From positions 64,001 through 128,000 of the forward strand of contig CAVVKN010000004.1 in NCBI GenBank assembly GCA_963748825.1: a stretch of DNA of 64,000 bases, written 5' to 3'. Below the pieces are notes generated by a model that searched no databases, was not told the origin of the DNA, and saw nothing but the letters and a program-made list of their open reading frames with translations. Position numbers and translations under genes: made by a program. Every line of letters starts with the position of its first letter. Positions within the stretch are counted from its first letter, which is position 1. Below, one piece after another: positions 17,929 to 27,381 of this stretch. Source of the DNA: Methanotrichaceae archaeon. Lineage in GTDB: Archaea; Halobacteriota; Methanosarcinia; Methanotrichales; Methanotrichaceae.

Positions 17929-19516
17929 TCAAACCTGTTTCAATCGCTTGGTCATGTAAGGCCCGCAGAGCTCATATCCCAGCCGCCGGTAGTAGCCTCG
18001 GGCACCAATGCCGCTGGTAATTTCCAGGGAGCTGTAGCCCGCTTCTTCTGCCAGGGTCTCTGCCTCATGCACCAGTCTTTCTCCGTAACCACGGTGCTGC
18101 CACCCTTCAGCTCTGCTGCCGATAGGAAGCATGGGCCCGTAGACATGCAGCTCCCTCACCCGGGCACGGGCAGAAAGTCGCAGGCGCAGGAATCCGACTA
18201 TTGTCTCGTCTTCTCCCTCAAAGGACAAAAAGTGCTCGGCACCGCCGCATGCCTCATAAGCCTCATGCATAAGCCGCACTTCCCCGCCCAAGAACCGGCG
18301 CAGTCCCGCTTCTCGACAACGAATGCAGCGGCAATGGCGGTCACGTGCCGACAGCAGCTGCTGGGCAAGCTGACGCAGATTGGATTTCTTGACCCCCGCC
18401 ACGATGAGCTGGGCGGGAATGTCTCGCTGCACACGCTGTAGCCGAACGTAGCCGGGCAGAATCTCTTTTATGCAAGAGACCAGCTCTGCCGCAGCGGCGT
18501 CGCCCAGTGGGACGTACTCGCCACTCAGGTACTGCCGGTAAAGCTCGGTTCCCTCCACCACTAAAGTGGGATATATTTTGAGGTAGTCCGGGCGAAAGCG
18601 GCTATCCGAAAAGAGCTCTTTGAAGACCTCCAGATCCACCTTTGGAGAGGAGCCGGGCAGTCCCGGCATCATGTGAAAGCCCACCTTCAGGCCCACCTCC
18701 CGCAGAGCACGATTGGCAGAGACTGTATCTTCGACCGTATGGCCACGCTTCATATTCTCTAAGAGATCATCACGAGTACTCTGCACGCCAAGCTCCACCT
18801 TGGTGGCTCCAAGAAGGAGCATGTTCATTGTCTCCTTGGGACCGCAGAAGTCCGGCCGGGTCTCGAAGGTGGTGCCGATGTTTCTAACCGATGCCGTCTC
18901 ATTGGCCGCAGCCACATCGACAAATGACTGGTACTCTGTGGAGAGCGCTTTTGCCGCAGGATAATCATTCATGGCCTGAAGACAGCGCTTGACAAACCAG
19001 TGCTGATAGCCCAATGGACGCGCTGTGATCGTTCCACCCATGATGATCAGCTCTGACTTATCCAGGGGATGGCCAATCTCATCCAGCTGAGCCAACCGCG
19101 CCCTTACTTGGCGGTAGGGGTCGTAGCCGTGCTGCGCAGCCCGAAGTGCCGCCGGCTCGCGACCGGTGTAGCTTTGCGCTGAGGAGCAAAGAATGCCGCC
19201 CGGACAGGGAACGCAGGTGCCGTGCGGGCAGCGGGCCGGAGAGGTCATGGCTGCAATGACGGCCACGCCGGAGAGGGTTCGTGTGGGCTTACGCACCAGC
19301 ATCTTGAGCCGGGCGCCGCTCCTGGGGCGTGGCATTGCTGAGTATATCGGCATTGCTAGGGAGCGATGAGAGGGCTAGCCGAGATGAGGCGTCCTTCTTA
19401 TGCGACTCCAGATCCGCCTGCGTCTTGATAACGCCGGCCAGTATGGCATCGACTATGCTTCTAAGCTCAATTGCCAGAGCCTTGCCATCCCGACATGCCG
19501 AAAGCGACTCATTCAT
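17929..19516 (-). CDS. elp3: Elp3 tRNA uridine(34) carboxymethylation enzyme (radical SAM + GNAT), split by one +1 frameshift near 19315
   Basis: N-terminal ORF 19289-19516 joins 17929-19353 (RKPTRTLSGVAVIAAM, CPHGTCVPCPGG, ETRPD, RELHVYG, QHRGYG) if one C is removed (TPQERARLKMLVRKP). Confidence 0.9.
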
Positions 19517-19540
19517 AGCGAAAAGGATGCAAAGGGACCA

Positions 19541-19870
19541 TCAATCACAACCACAATCAGGCTCAATTTTTCCTTCTGCCTTCGCTTGCAGATACTGCTG
19601 CTCAACCTGCTGGGCAAGATTGCAGCGAAGCAAGCCCGAGACGAACATGCCTGCCATCAAGACCTGCTCTTTGGACATCTCTTTTAACGCCTCCTTGAGC
19701 TTTGCCACCGCTTCCTGCTCGCTGCCGGTCTGGGGATCGAAGAGCAGCATTTTGAATTGATCGCCGATCTTCATCATCTCCTCTGATGGAATGTCAAAGA
19801 AGCCGCGAACTATCTCCAGGACCAGGGATTCCTCGTTTGGTTCGAACATGTTTTGACCTAGAGGATACAT
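19541..19870 (-). CDS. Hypothetical protein ending in CGCD
   Basis: 109-aa ORF co-oriented with and closely spaced to the metallophosphoesterase and elp3. Confidence 0.7.
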   Translation of the reverse strand: MYPLGQNMFEPNEESLVLEIVRGFFDIPSEEMMKIGDQFKMLLFDPQTGSEQEAVAKLKEALKEMSKEQVLMAGMFVSGLLRCNLAQQVEQQYLQAKAEGKIEPDCGCD

Positions 19871-19889
19871 GATGAAATAGGTTTGGCAT

Positions 19890-20852
19890 CTAGAGAAGCT
19901 CGCACAAAAAGAGAGGCCTTTTCCGGCCCAACTGCCTTATGGCCAGTCCTCCCTCATCCAGAAGCATATAGGTATCGGGTGTCTCAAGGCAGGTGCGATT
20001 TTTCTGCTCGCGCGTAAAGCTGCCCGCGTTCACGGCCAGAGGGCCACCCTTTCTCTGAAATATGCCAGGACGGTGCGTATCCCCATAAATGAAGCAGTCT
20101 ATTTTGCCGAGGCTCCTCTCGCGAATGAACTTCAATATGGCCTCATATTGCCCCTCTACAGAAGCCTGGCGCTGGTTGGGAAAAACACCAGCGTTAAACC
20201 TCAGCAGAAGACTGGAGGCCTTCCAGATAGAGTTCTCGAAAGAGACCATCTCTCCGATGCAGGCAGAACGGTAGATGCTCTCGTAGGCGTAAGTCATCAT
20301 CATCTCCAGGTCTGCAGGAAGAAACTCCTCCCCAGAGAGTCTGCGCAGCTTCTCCACCAACTGCAAAGTGAAAGTTTGGATGCCGTCCAGATGATGACCA
20401 TGCGTGAAGAGGAAGGTCCTATGACAGCATCGGGCCCGGTAAGTAGGATAGAGCATATCGATATCAACGCCGCAAAAAGTCCGGCGCCAGCGAATTGTTG
20501 GAATATAAATGGGATATAGATCGCCGCGACTTGCCCTCTCCATGAACTCGGCCTCCTGCTTTTGTACCACCAGGTGATGATCGTGATTTCCTACAACGTA
20601 GCGAATCTTCAGATTCTCCTGAGAGAGCCGTTTTAAGAAAGGAATTGAGCCCTTCACAGCATTCTCTGGGCGTACCCTCCAAAAATCGAAGATATCTCCC
20701 AAAAGCACAACCTCATCGAAGCCGCCCTCAAATTCCGATATCTCTTGCATCAACTGGTCTACCTTTACCGGATTACTGAGAGTCGATGAATCCAGGCCGA
20801 AATGCGTATCAGAGATTATCAGAGATGCCATGCTTACCTTCCCCCTTCCCAC
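19890..20852 (-). CDS. Calcineurin-like metallophosphoesterase
   Basis: SDTHFG, LGDIFDFW, VGNHD, THGH and GDTH motifs. Confidence 0.88.
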   Translation of the reverse strand: MGRGKVSMASLIISDTHFGLDSSTLSNPVKVDQLMQEISEFEGGFDEVVLLGDIFDFWRVRPENAVKGSIPFLKRLSQENLKIRYVVGNHDHHLVVQKQEAEFMERASRGDLYPIYIPTIRWRRTFCGVDIDMLYPTYRARCCHRTFLFTHGHHLDGIQTFTLQLVEKLRRLSGEEFLPADLEMMMTYAYESIYRSACIGEMVSFENSIWKASSLLLRFNAGVFPNQRQASVEGQYEAILKFIRERSLGKIDCFIYGDTHRPGIFQRKGGPLAVNAGSFTREQKNRTCLETPDTYMLLDEGGLAIRQLGRKRPLFLCELL

Positions 20853-20993
20853 AACTGTTTATTACTGTTGTTATTTATAAATATTGTGAGTCATGAACAC
20901 CTGGAAAACGGCAAGTGAAACATAGTTCCTAGACAGATTCACCCCCCTCGAGCAAAAGACAAAAATATGTTCTAAAAAAAGCAAAACATCAGA

Positions 20994-21866
20994 ATGATCG
21001 ACATCGCCATTCCCAAGGGCAGCCTGCAAAATCAGACACTGCAGCTCTTCGAGCAAGCCGGGCTGGAGGTTAAGAGAACCGAGCGGGAGTACAATGCCCG
21101 CATACAAGATCCTCGCATCGGCAAGGTGAAGATCCTCCGTCCCCAGGAGATACCAGGATATGTAGCCAAAGGCTATTTCGACCTGGGCATCTCCGGAACG
21201 GACTGGATAATGGAGTCCGGTTCCGTCGTGGCCCATGTGGCTGAGCTCAACTACGGCAAACTGGGACCGGGCATTGTAAAGCTGGTGGTTGCCGTGCCCG
21301 AGAGCCTGGATATTCACTCCGCCCGTGAGATAAAACCGGGCAGCCGCGTATCCACGGAATATCCGAGCCTCACCCAGGCCTTCTTCTTGAGCCTGGGAAT
21401 ACCGGTGGACATCCAGTTCTCTTTTGGAGCGACCGAAGCCAAGGTTCCGGAGCTGACCGATGTGGTCGTCGATCTCACCGAGACCGGTTCCACCCTGAAG
21501 AAGAACGGCCTGAAGATCATTGATGTCATGCTCAAGTCCACCTCGGAGCTGATTGCCAACAAAAAGAGCTGGGCTGACCCGGAGAAGCGCGAGGAGATCA
21601 TCGCCGTGGAGACGCTTCTATCCGCAGTCATAAAGGCGAGAGGAAAGGTCCTGCTCAAGATGAATGTGCCCGAAGATGCCATTAAGGATGTCATCTCCAT
21701 GCTGCCCAGCATGAAGAATCCCACCATCTCCAAGCTCTACAACTCCGGCTACTACGCCGTGGAGACTGTGGTGGACAAATCCACCGTCAACCTGCTCATT
21801 CCCCAGTTGAAAAAGTCGGGAGCAGAGGATATCCTGGAGCTGGCCATCTCCAAGATCGTACCCTAA
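20994..21866 (+). CDS. hisG: ATP phosphoribosyltransferase (long form)
   Basis: IAIPKGSL, DLGISGTDW, GATEAK, VDLTETGSTLKKNGL and C-terminal regulatory domain. Confidence 0.97.
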   Translation: MIDIAIPKGSLQNQTLQLFEQAGLEVKRTEREYNARIQDPRIGKVKILRPQEIPGYVAKGYFDLGISGTDWIMESGSVVAHVAELNYGKLGPGIVKLVVAVPESLDIHSAREIKPGSRVSTEYPSLTQAFFLSLGIPVDIQFSFGATEAKVPELTDVVVDLTETGSTLKKNGLKIIDVMLKSTSELIANKKSWADPEKREEIIAVETLLSAVIKARGKVLLKMNVPEDAIKDVISMLPSMKNPTISKLYNSGYYAVETVVDKSTVNLLIPQLKKSGAEDILELAISKIVP

Positions 21867-21935
21867 ATCTATAATTCATCCTTTTTCCAAAGCAAGTAGC
21901 AGCAAAACAATAATATGTTTTTTAAAAAAAGCAAG

Positions 21936-22010
21936 CGGGCGCGGGGGGATTCGAACCCCCGATCTACAGCTTAGGAGGCTGCCGCCTTATCCGGACTAGG
22001 CCACGCGCCC
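21936..22010 (-). tRNA. tRNA-Arg(CCT)
   Basis: RC folds as a cloverleaf: GGGCGCG acceptor, anticodon arm CAGC-CT-CCT-AA-GCTG, T-loop TTCGAAT. Confidence 0.95.
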
Positions 22011-22200
22011 TTTTCAGGCTTTTCCGTATAACCAACACGTATATCAACCTTTCCGGATTGGCACGCTCCTTTATTCCGATTGGCGATATTCTTTGCATCG
22101 CAAAATCCATCCGGAGAGTGAGATCGTTCCAACCGCGATATCTCGCTCTTAGCGAGGTCTCTCCTTTCAGCGATGTCTCTTCTTTGGCGCTATCGCTCCT

Positions 22201-23724
22201 TCATCGAATGAGCACTGCGCTCAGAACAACCACGAAGAGGCCCAGGAAGAACCAGCCCAATATCCCTTCTGCCATGGCCAGATGCCTGTAAACGCCTACA
22301 GGATAGGTATTGACTGGCGCCTGGGAGGTAGTGAACATGGCAATGCTGAAATAGAGGGCATCGGTGAAAGATACGCGCTTGCTGGGCTTTAGCCTGGGAT
22401 CTCCAGGAAGCTCCACGCCCTCGATCTCGAACTTGTCCATGCCCTTTCCTGCCCAAAATATAACTCCAAAGATGAGAATGGTAAAGAGACACCAGAAGGC
22501 AGTGTAGCTTACCCGAACACCATAGCCGCAGGAGAGCCAGGAGATGATGTCCGAGATTTTGCCCCAGCCCCAGGGCGCCTGGTCCTGACCGATTCTGCGG
22601 TATTGATAGTAACATTCATCGGCCTCATCAAACCACTCCAGGCTCTTGTAGTTCTTCACCAGTGCCAGGTAGGCGGCCCCATTGTACACCATGCGGTCCC
22701 GTATGGTGCTCCAGTGGACCACGAACTTGGAAAAGTCCGTGCTGTTAAGGTTAATTTTAGAGTTCTCACTGAATGTGACATTATCCAATTGCATGCTGTA
22801 TAGCCTGGCCCCCTCCAAGATCAAATCCTCACCAAACCTGGAATTGACGAAATAGGCCAGGTCTGCCAACTTCACTCCCCCAAAGAAGGCCGTCTTTTTG
22901 AAGTCAACATTGCCAAAGTCCGCGAGACCACCAAAACTAGACAGGCCAAAAGTGCTGCCTCTCCAGAAGCGGGCATCACGAAAGACCACATCGCTCTCGA
23001 AACGAGTGGCGGCAAAAGTTGCATTGCCTCGAAACTGGGCAGATCGAAATGTGACCTGTCCGGCAAACTGAGTCTCAAAGAAGCTTACATCTTCGAAGTT
23101 AGCATTCCAGAAAGATCCGGAACGTAGGAACTTGGCATAATTAAAGTCGACATCACTGGCGAAACCGGAATCAAGGAAGACGGCATCACCATCGAACTGA
23201 ACGTTGCCAAAGCTGCTATCGCTCTGAAAAAGCGCGCTGATGAAGGAGGCTAGCGTACCAAAATAGGTGTCGGCAAAATCGGCCTGCTTTTGGAATCTTG
23301 CACCGGAAAACTTGGCGTCTCCCAGAAACCTGGACTTGACAAAGCTGACATTCTCTTGAAAGATGCATCCCCGCAAATCCAGGACCTCAGCGAAAATCAC
23401 TGCCTCTATTCTTACAGTTCCCAGGAAGCGGGAGTTGGTAATTCTTATCGATTGCTTGACAGGTCCATCCAAAAGCCCCAGATCCAGTTGACCGGCGATG
23501 GTTACATTGTTATAGTTCAGCGGCTCGCCCGATCTTATTTGGTCCAGGATATCCTGGGCGGCTATGGTAGGAGGAGCCAAACCCTGCGGCAAAGAGGCAT
23601 TAAGCCCAGGCTCTTCTGCCAAGGCATCGCTAAGCAGGAGGAACAGTAATAATGCCAAGAGCAGCATGTGCCATCTGGGAACTCGAATCACTGAGCAATT
23701 TGAAGATGGCCCAGGATTTATCAC
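22201..23724 (-). CDS. Pentapeptide-repeat protein with C-terminal channel-like membrane domain
   Basis: Signal peptide, long AxFxx repeats, then CGYGVR, a TM helix, pore-helix-like DALYFSIAMFTT and AEGILGW TM. Confidence 0.85.
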   Translation of the reverse strand: MINPGPSSNCSVIRVPRWHMLLLALLLFLLLSDALAEEPGLNASLPQGLAPPTIAAQDILDQIRSGEPLNYNNVTIAGQLDLGLLDGPVKQSIRITNSRFLGTVRIEAVIFAEVLDLRGCIFQENVSFVKSRFLGDAKFSGARFQKQADFADTYFGTLASFISALFQSDSSFGNVQFDGDAVFLDSGFASDVDFNYAKFLRSGSFWNANFEDVSFFETQFAGQVTFRSAQFRGNATFAATRFESDVVFRDARFWRGSTFGLSSFGGLADFGNVDFKKTAFFGGVKLADLAYFVNSRFGEDLILEGARLYSMQLDNVTFSENSKINLNSTDFSKFVVHWSTIRDRMVYNGAAYLALVKNYKSLEWFDEADECYYQYRRIGQDQAPWGWGKISDIISWLSCGYGVRVSYTAFWCLFTILIFGVIFWAGKGMDKFEIEGVELPGDPRLKPSKRVSFTDALYFSIAMFTTSQAPVNTYPVGVYRHLAMAEGILGWFFLGLFVVVLSAVLIR

Positions 23725-23737
23725 TTTTGTATTTACA

Positions 23738-25276
23738 TTACCGGATCATAACCCGGCCCAAGGTCACCAGGAAGAGTGCCAGCAGCAGCCAGCCTAAAAT
23801 TCCTTCCAGGATGACATAATATCTGTTTTTGCCTACCGGCAGAAATTCATTGGGCCCCCGGGAGATGAAGATCATGGTGCTGAAAAAGAGGGCGTTACGT
23901 AAGGTAACGTGTCCGGGCACGGCATACTTTTCCGCCGGCTCATGCAGGGGCTTGGCTGACTTTCGAATGCCGTCCCCACTCCAGAAAACCAGGGCGAAGA
24001 TGAAGATTGTCAGAAGCGACCATATCCCTGCATAGCCGGGACGCACGCCATAGCCGCAAGAGAGCCAGGCCAAAATATCGATGACCTTAGACCAGCCCCA
24101 TCCCTTATGATCTTGATCAATCTTTCGATATTGATAGTAGCAGTCATCCTGATCACCAGACCAGCCCAGGCGGCGGTAGTTTTCCACCAGCGCAAGATAA
24201 GCTCCCGGCTCCCAGACCACATGCCCAGCGATCTCATTCCAATGAGCCTTGAAGCGGGCAAAATCGGTGTCGTTCAGGATAATTCGAGAATTCTTGCCGA
24301 ATTTTGCCTTATCCAAAAGGATGGTGGAGATCGATCCGCCCTTGAAGTTGAGATCACCATCGAACAGGGCGCTCTGGAAGCTGGCGATGTCCTGGAACTT
24401 GGTCAGGCCAAAGAAGGCATCCTTCTGAAACTTTGCTCCCGAGAAGTAGGCGGCATCAGAAAAGCGAGCCAGGCTGAAGACCGCCTCCCCGGAAAAGAGC
24501 GCGCCGCCAAAGGAAGAGAGGCCGGAGAAGCTGGCCAGGCCGAACTGGGTGGGGCCGGAAAAGACGGCATCGCTGAAGAGGGGACTGTTAAAACGAGACT
24601 GGAAGAAGTTGGCTTTACCGGAAAAGGAAGCGGCGGAAAAGTCTGGCGCCCCCAAGAAATCGACATCCGAAAAGAGGGCGTCTCCTAGGAACTGCGCGGA
24701 CGCGAAGTAGGAATATGAGTCGAAATTGGAGTAATTGAAGTAAGCATTGGCCATGAACCGGGCCTCATTGAAAAAGGCATCCATGCCAAACGTGGCATCC
24801 TCGAAGCTCACGTTATCGCGAAAGAGGGCGCCATCGAAGACTGCTGGCTGGGAGAAGGAGGCGGCGGAAAAGCTCGCGTTGCCAAAGGCGGTGTTGGCGA
24901 AATCGGCCTGGCCCCGAAAGCTGGCCCGCTCAAAGCTGGCATTGCCAAAGGTGGTGCCCCAGAAGACGGCGTCCTTCGCGAAGGTGACGCCGGAGAAAGA
25001 AGCGTTGGCAATGGAGGAGTTGGTAAGCGCGAAAGTGGCGGAATCCTGGGCCTCTGGAAGGGAGCTGAGATCCAGGTCGCCAGAGATGCGGACACCATCG
25101 TAGTAAACGGGCTCGTTCTCTGCGATTTTGGCCAATATCTCCTGGGCGGGGACGACCTGTTGTGCACCGGAAGTGACGACTAACGCCAACGCCAAGACGG
25201 TTATCAGTGCAAGAGATCGCCTGAGCATCCAGAAGCACTTTGGGATTTCCGGGTCATATTCTTTGCGTACTGGCAT
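23738..25276 (-). CDS. Pentapeptide-repeat protein with C-terminal channel-like domain (tandem paralogue)
   Basis: Same architecture; shares GAYLALVxNY, D.CYYQYR, WGW.K..DI..WLSCGYGVR and EGILGW with its neighbour. Confidence 0.85.
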   Translation of the reverse strand: MPVRKEYDPEIPKCFWMLRRSLALITVLALALVVTSGAQQVVPAQEILAKIAENEPVYYDGVRISGDLDLSSLPEAQDSATFALTNSSIANASFSGVTFAKDAVFWGTTFGNASFERASFRGQADFANTAFGNASFSAASFSQPAVFDGALFRDNVSFEDATFGMDAFFNEARFMANAYFNYSNFDSYSYFASAQFLGDALFSDVDFLGAPDFSAASFSGKANFFQSRFNSPLFSDAVFSGPTQFGLASFSGLSSFGGALFSGEAVFSLARFSDAAYFSGAKFQKDAFFGLTKFQDIASFQSALFDGDLNFKGGSISTILLDKAKFGKNSRIILNDTDFARFKAHWNEIAGHVVWEPGAYLALVENYRRLGWSGDQDDCYYQYRKIDQDHKGWGWSKVIDILAWLSCGYGVRPGYAGIWSLLTIFIFALVFWSGDGIRKSAKPLHEPAEKYAVPGHVTLRNALFFSTMIFISRGPNEFLPVGKNRYYVILEGILGWLLLALFLVTLGRVMIR

Positions 25277-25981
25277 TTTCGCTGCGACGTCCCGAAACCT
25301 TTGACTTTTATATACCCATCAATGGGGCATGGGAAAGAATCCATTCTTGCTGGTGGCCGGAGATTGCAGAGGATGATACGGAATGGCTGTATGGAATAAA
25401 GTCATTCAAAAGCTACAAAATGCGGCATTGGCGTCTAGAAGAACGGAAATTTATCAGAATTTTGTACTTTAGTCGCTATCCCTCCGCAAGCTTTTTCGTG
25501 TGCGCGAGGGATTGAGCACCAGAGAGATGAGATTTGGCGGCATCTAACGAGATCGCTGATCTAGGTGAGAAGTATTGGCATGATGGTAGACTCGCACAAC
25601 GCATTTCACACGTCCGAAGAGGTCCTTCTCCATGCCTGAGCCTGGTCGCAGTGTCCCATCAACCTCATCCGAACTCGCAAATGGCGCTTCAGATACCACT
25701 ACTGCAAAAATCAAACCTAACGTTATCGCCCATGACCTGGTCTTCCCCGAGCCAGTGCAAGTCGCAGGTCACCTACGATTATGTCCCCTTGAGGGCGGGT
25801 CCGCGTGTTTCTGCCTAGGTATCCTAAAGAGGAACGCCCGAGAGATATCCATAAATGCCAAAGCCCTGCAAAGGGCCAGTAAGATGAAAGACAAAGCAAT
25901 TCATGTCTATGGATGCGCGCGTCTTGAGGTTAATACTTACTAATACTCTGATTAAGTAATTATAGCGAGAGGAAGTGGAAA

Positions 25982-26647
25982 ATGTTTGTTTCGATAATAA
26001 TACCGATAAAAGATGAGCCTGCCATTCAAGAGCTTATTGAGGATCTAAATAAGGCAATAAAACAAAATCATGAAATAATTATTGTTGATAAAAGCAAGGT
26101 TACGCCTAATATTCAGGATGCAAGAATCATATCTCAGAGATCTGATGGCCTTGGCAATGCCTTCGTTGAAGGTTTGAGCAAAGCAAATGGCGATGTAATA
26201 GCACTAATGGATGGCGACGGTTCACACAGACCGGAAGATTTGAATAATTTGTTAAGCAAAATTGGAGAATATGATATAGCACTTGGCTCCAAGCTTATAG
26301 AAGGTGGGCAAAGTCATGATTCAATAGGTAGAAAGACTGTCACACTTGTTTTTTCTCTGTTAACCCGATTGATTTTATGGGTAGACATAAAAGATCCGAT
26401 GACTGGGTTTATGGCTGCAAAAAGGAGCGTGTTTAGGGATCTAACGCTCAAACCCAGGGGTTTCAAAATAGTAATTGAAATTGTATATAAATCTCAGGCA
26501 AATACTACAGAAGTTCCTATCCTATTCCGAGAGAGACAAGGTGGGGCTTCAAAAGCAGGCTTCAATGCAAATGGTCTTAAAGAGGTTTTCTTGATAATTA
26601 AGACCCTATTCGGGCTAAGAATGGGGCGATTGAGGGGATACTGGTAA
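25982..26647 (+). CDS. GT2 polyprenol-phosphate glycosyltransferase (DPM1/GtrB-like)
   Basis: SIIIP..DE, IIIVD, GLGNAF..G, MDGDGSH and KDPMTGF; AT-rich. Confidence 0.9.
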   Translation: MFVSIIIPIKDEPAIQELIEDLNKAIKQNHEIIIVDKSKVTPNIQDARIISQRSDGLGNAFVEGLSKANGDVIALMDGDGSHRPEDLNNLLSKIGEYDIALGSKLIEGGQSHDSIGRKTVTLVFSLLTRLILWVDIKDPMTGFMAAKRSVFRDLTLKPRGFKIVIEIVYKSQANTTEVPILFRERQGGASKAGFNANGLKEVFLIIKTLFGLRMGRLRGYW

Positions 26648-26741
26648 ATCGTTGATTAGAGGACACTCATAACTTTAGTTGTTTATCACTCCAGTATTTT
26701 CTTAGCGAGGGGTTATATAGCGATGTTTGAGAAGAGGATCA

Positions 26742-27179
26742 ATGGACTTGAGGGGGGATCAATTAATTGGTGCTAAGATTAGTGGTCACCGGAAAACCAT
26801 ATCCAAATTTGCCTTTGTTGGGGCAATTGGGGCTATTATTAATCTGTCTTTGTTGTGGTTTTTAACAAGTGTTGGCTTATTATACTACATTTTTTCGGCA
26901 ATTATCGCGATTGAGGTGAGCATATTTTGTAATTTTTATTTAAATTCTAAGATAACATTTGATTATCAGTTCTTGAATAGATCGGACATTGTTTCGGCAA
27001 TTTTTAGATATCATTTAGCATCCTTGCTTGGGATATTAGTTAATATTTTAACGCTGATTATCTTAACTGAATATTTTAAAATATTTTATTTGGTTTCAGA
27101 GATTATAGCAATTTTCTCAGCCTTTGGATTAAATTATTTTATTAGTATAAATTGGGTATGGAACAAACCGGGCGGATGA
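26742..27179 (+). CDS. GtrA family flippase-like protein
   Basis: Four TM helices; KFAFVGAIGAIIN, NFYLN..ITF and NYFISINWVW. Confidence 0.9.
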   Translation: MDLRGDQLIGAKISGHRKTISKFAFVGAIGAIINLSLLWFLTSVGLLYYIFSAIIAIEVSIFCNFYLNSKITFDYQFLNRSDIVSAIFRYHLASLLGILVNILTLIILTEYFKIFYLVSEIIAIFSAFGLNYFISINWVWNKPGG

Positions 27180-27381
27180 AAACGTCATTCACTAGTCAAA
27201 TTGCGGCGGCACGCCACTGTCAAGTACTTTCCTCTAATTTTTATGTACTAGATAAAAAAAGGAAAGCGTATTTACATCTTTTGTTAAAGTTAGAGTACTG
27301 AGGGTAACTTTTATAACTGAACGAAGAGTCGAACCACTGAAGTGCTGACGCACTTGAGGTAAGAAGGAGGGAGGTAGAAGG

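Noticed and set aside
25515-25943. ORFs 25534-25818 and 25632-25943 at the left edge of the glycosylation cassette
   Set aside because: No recognisable motif or convincing RBS; may be decayed sequence but cannot be assigned by eye
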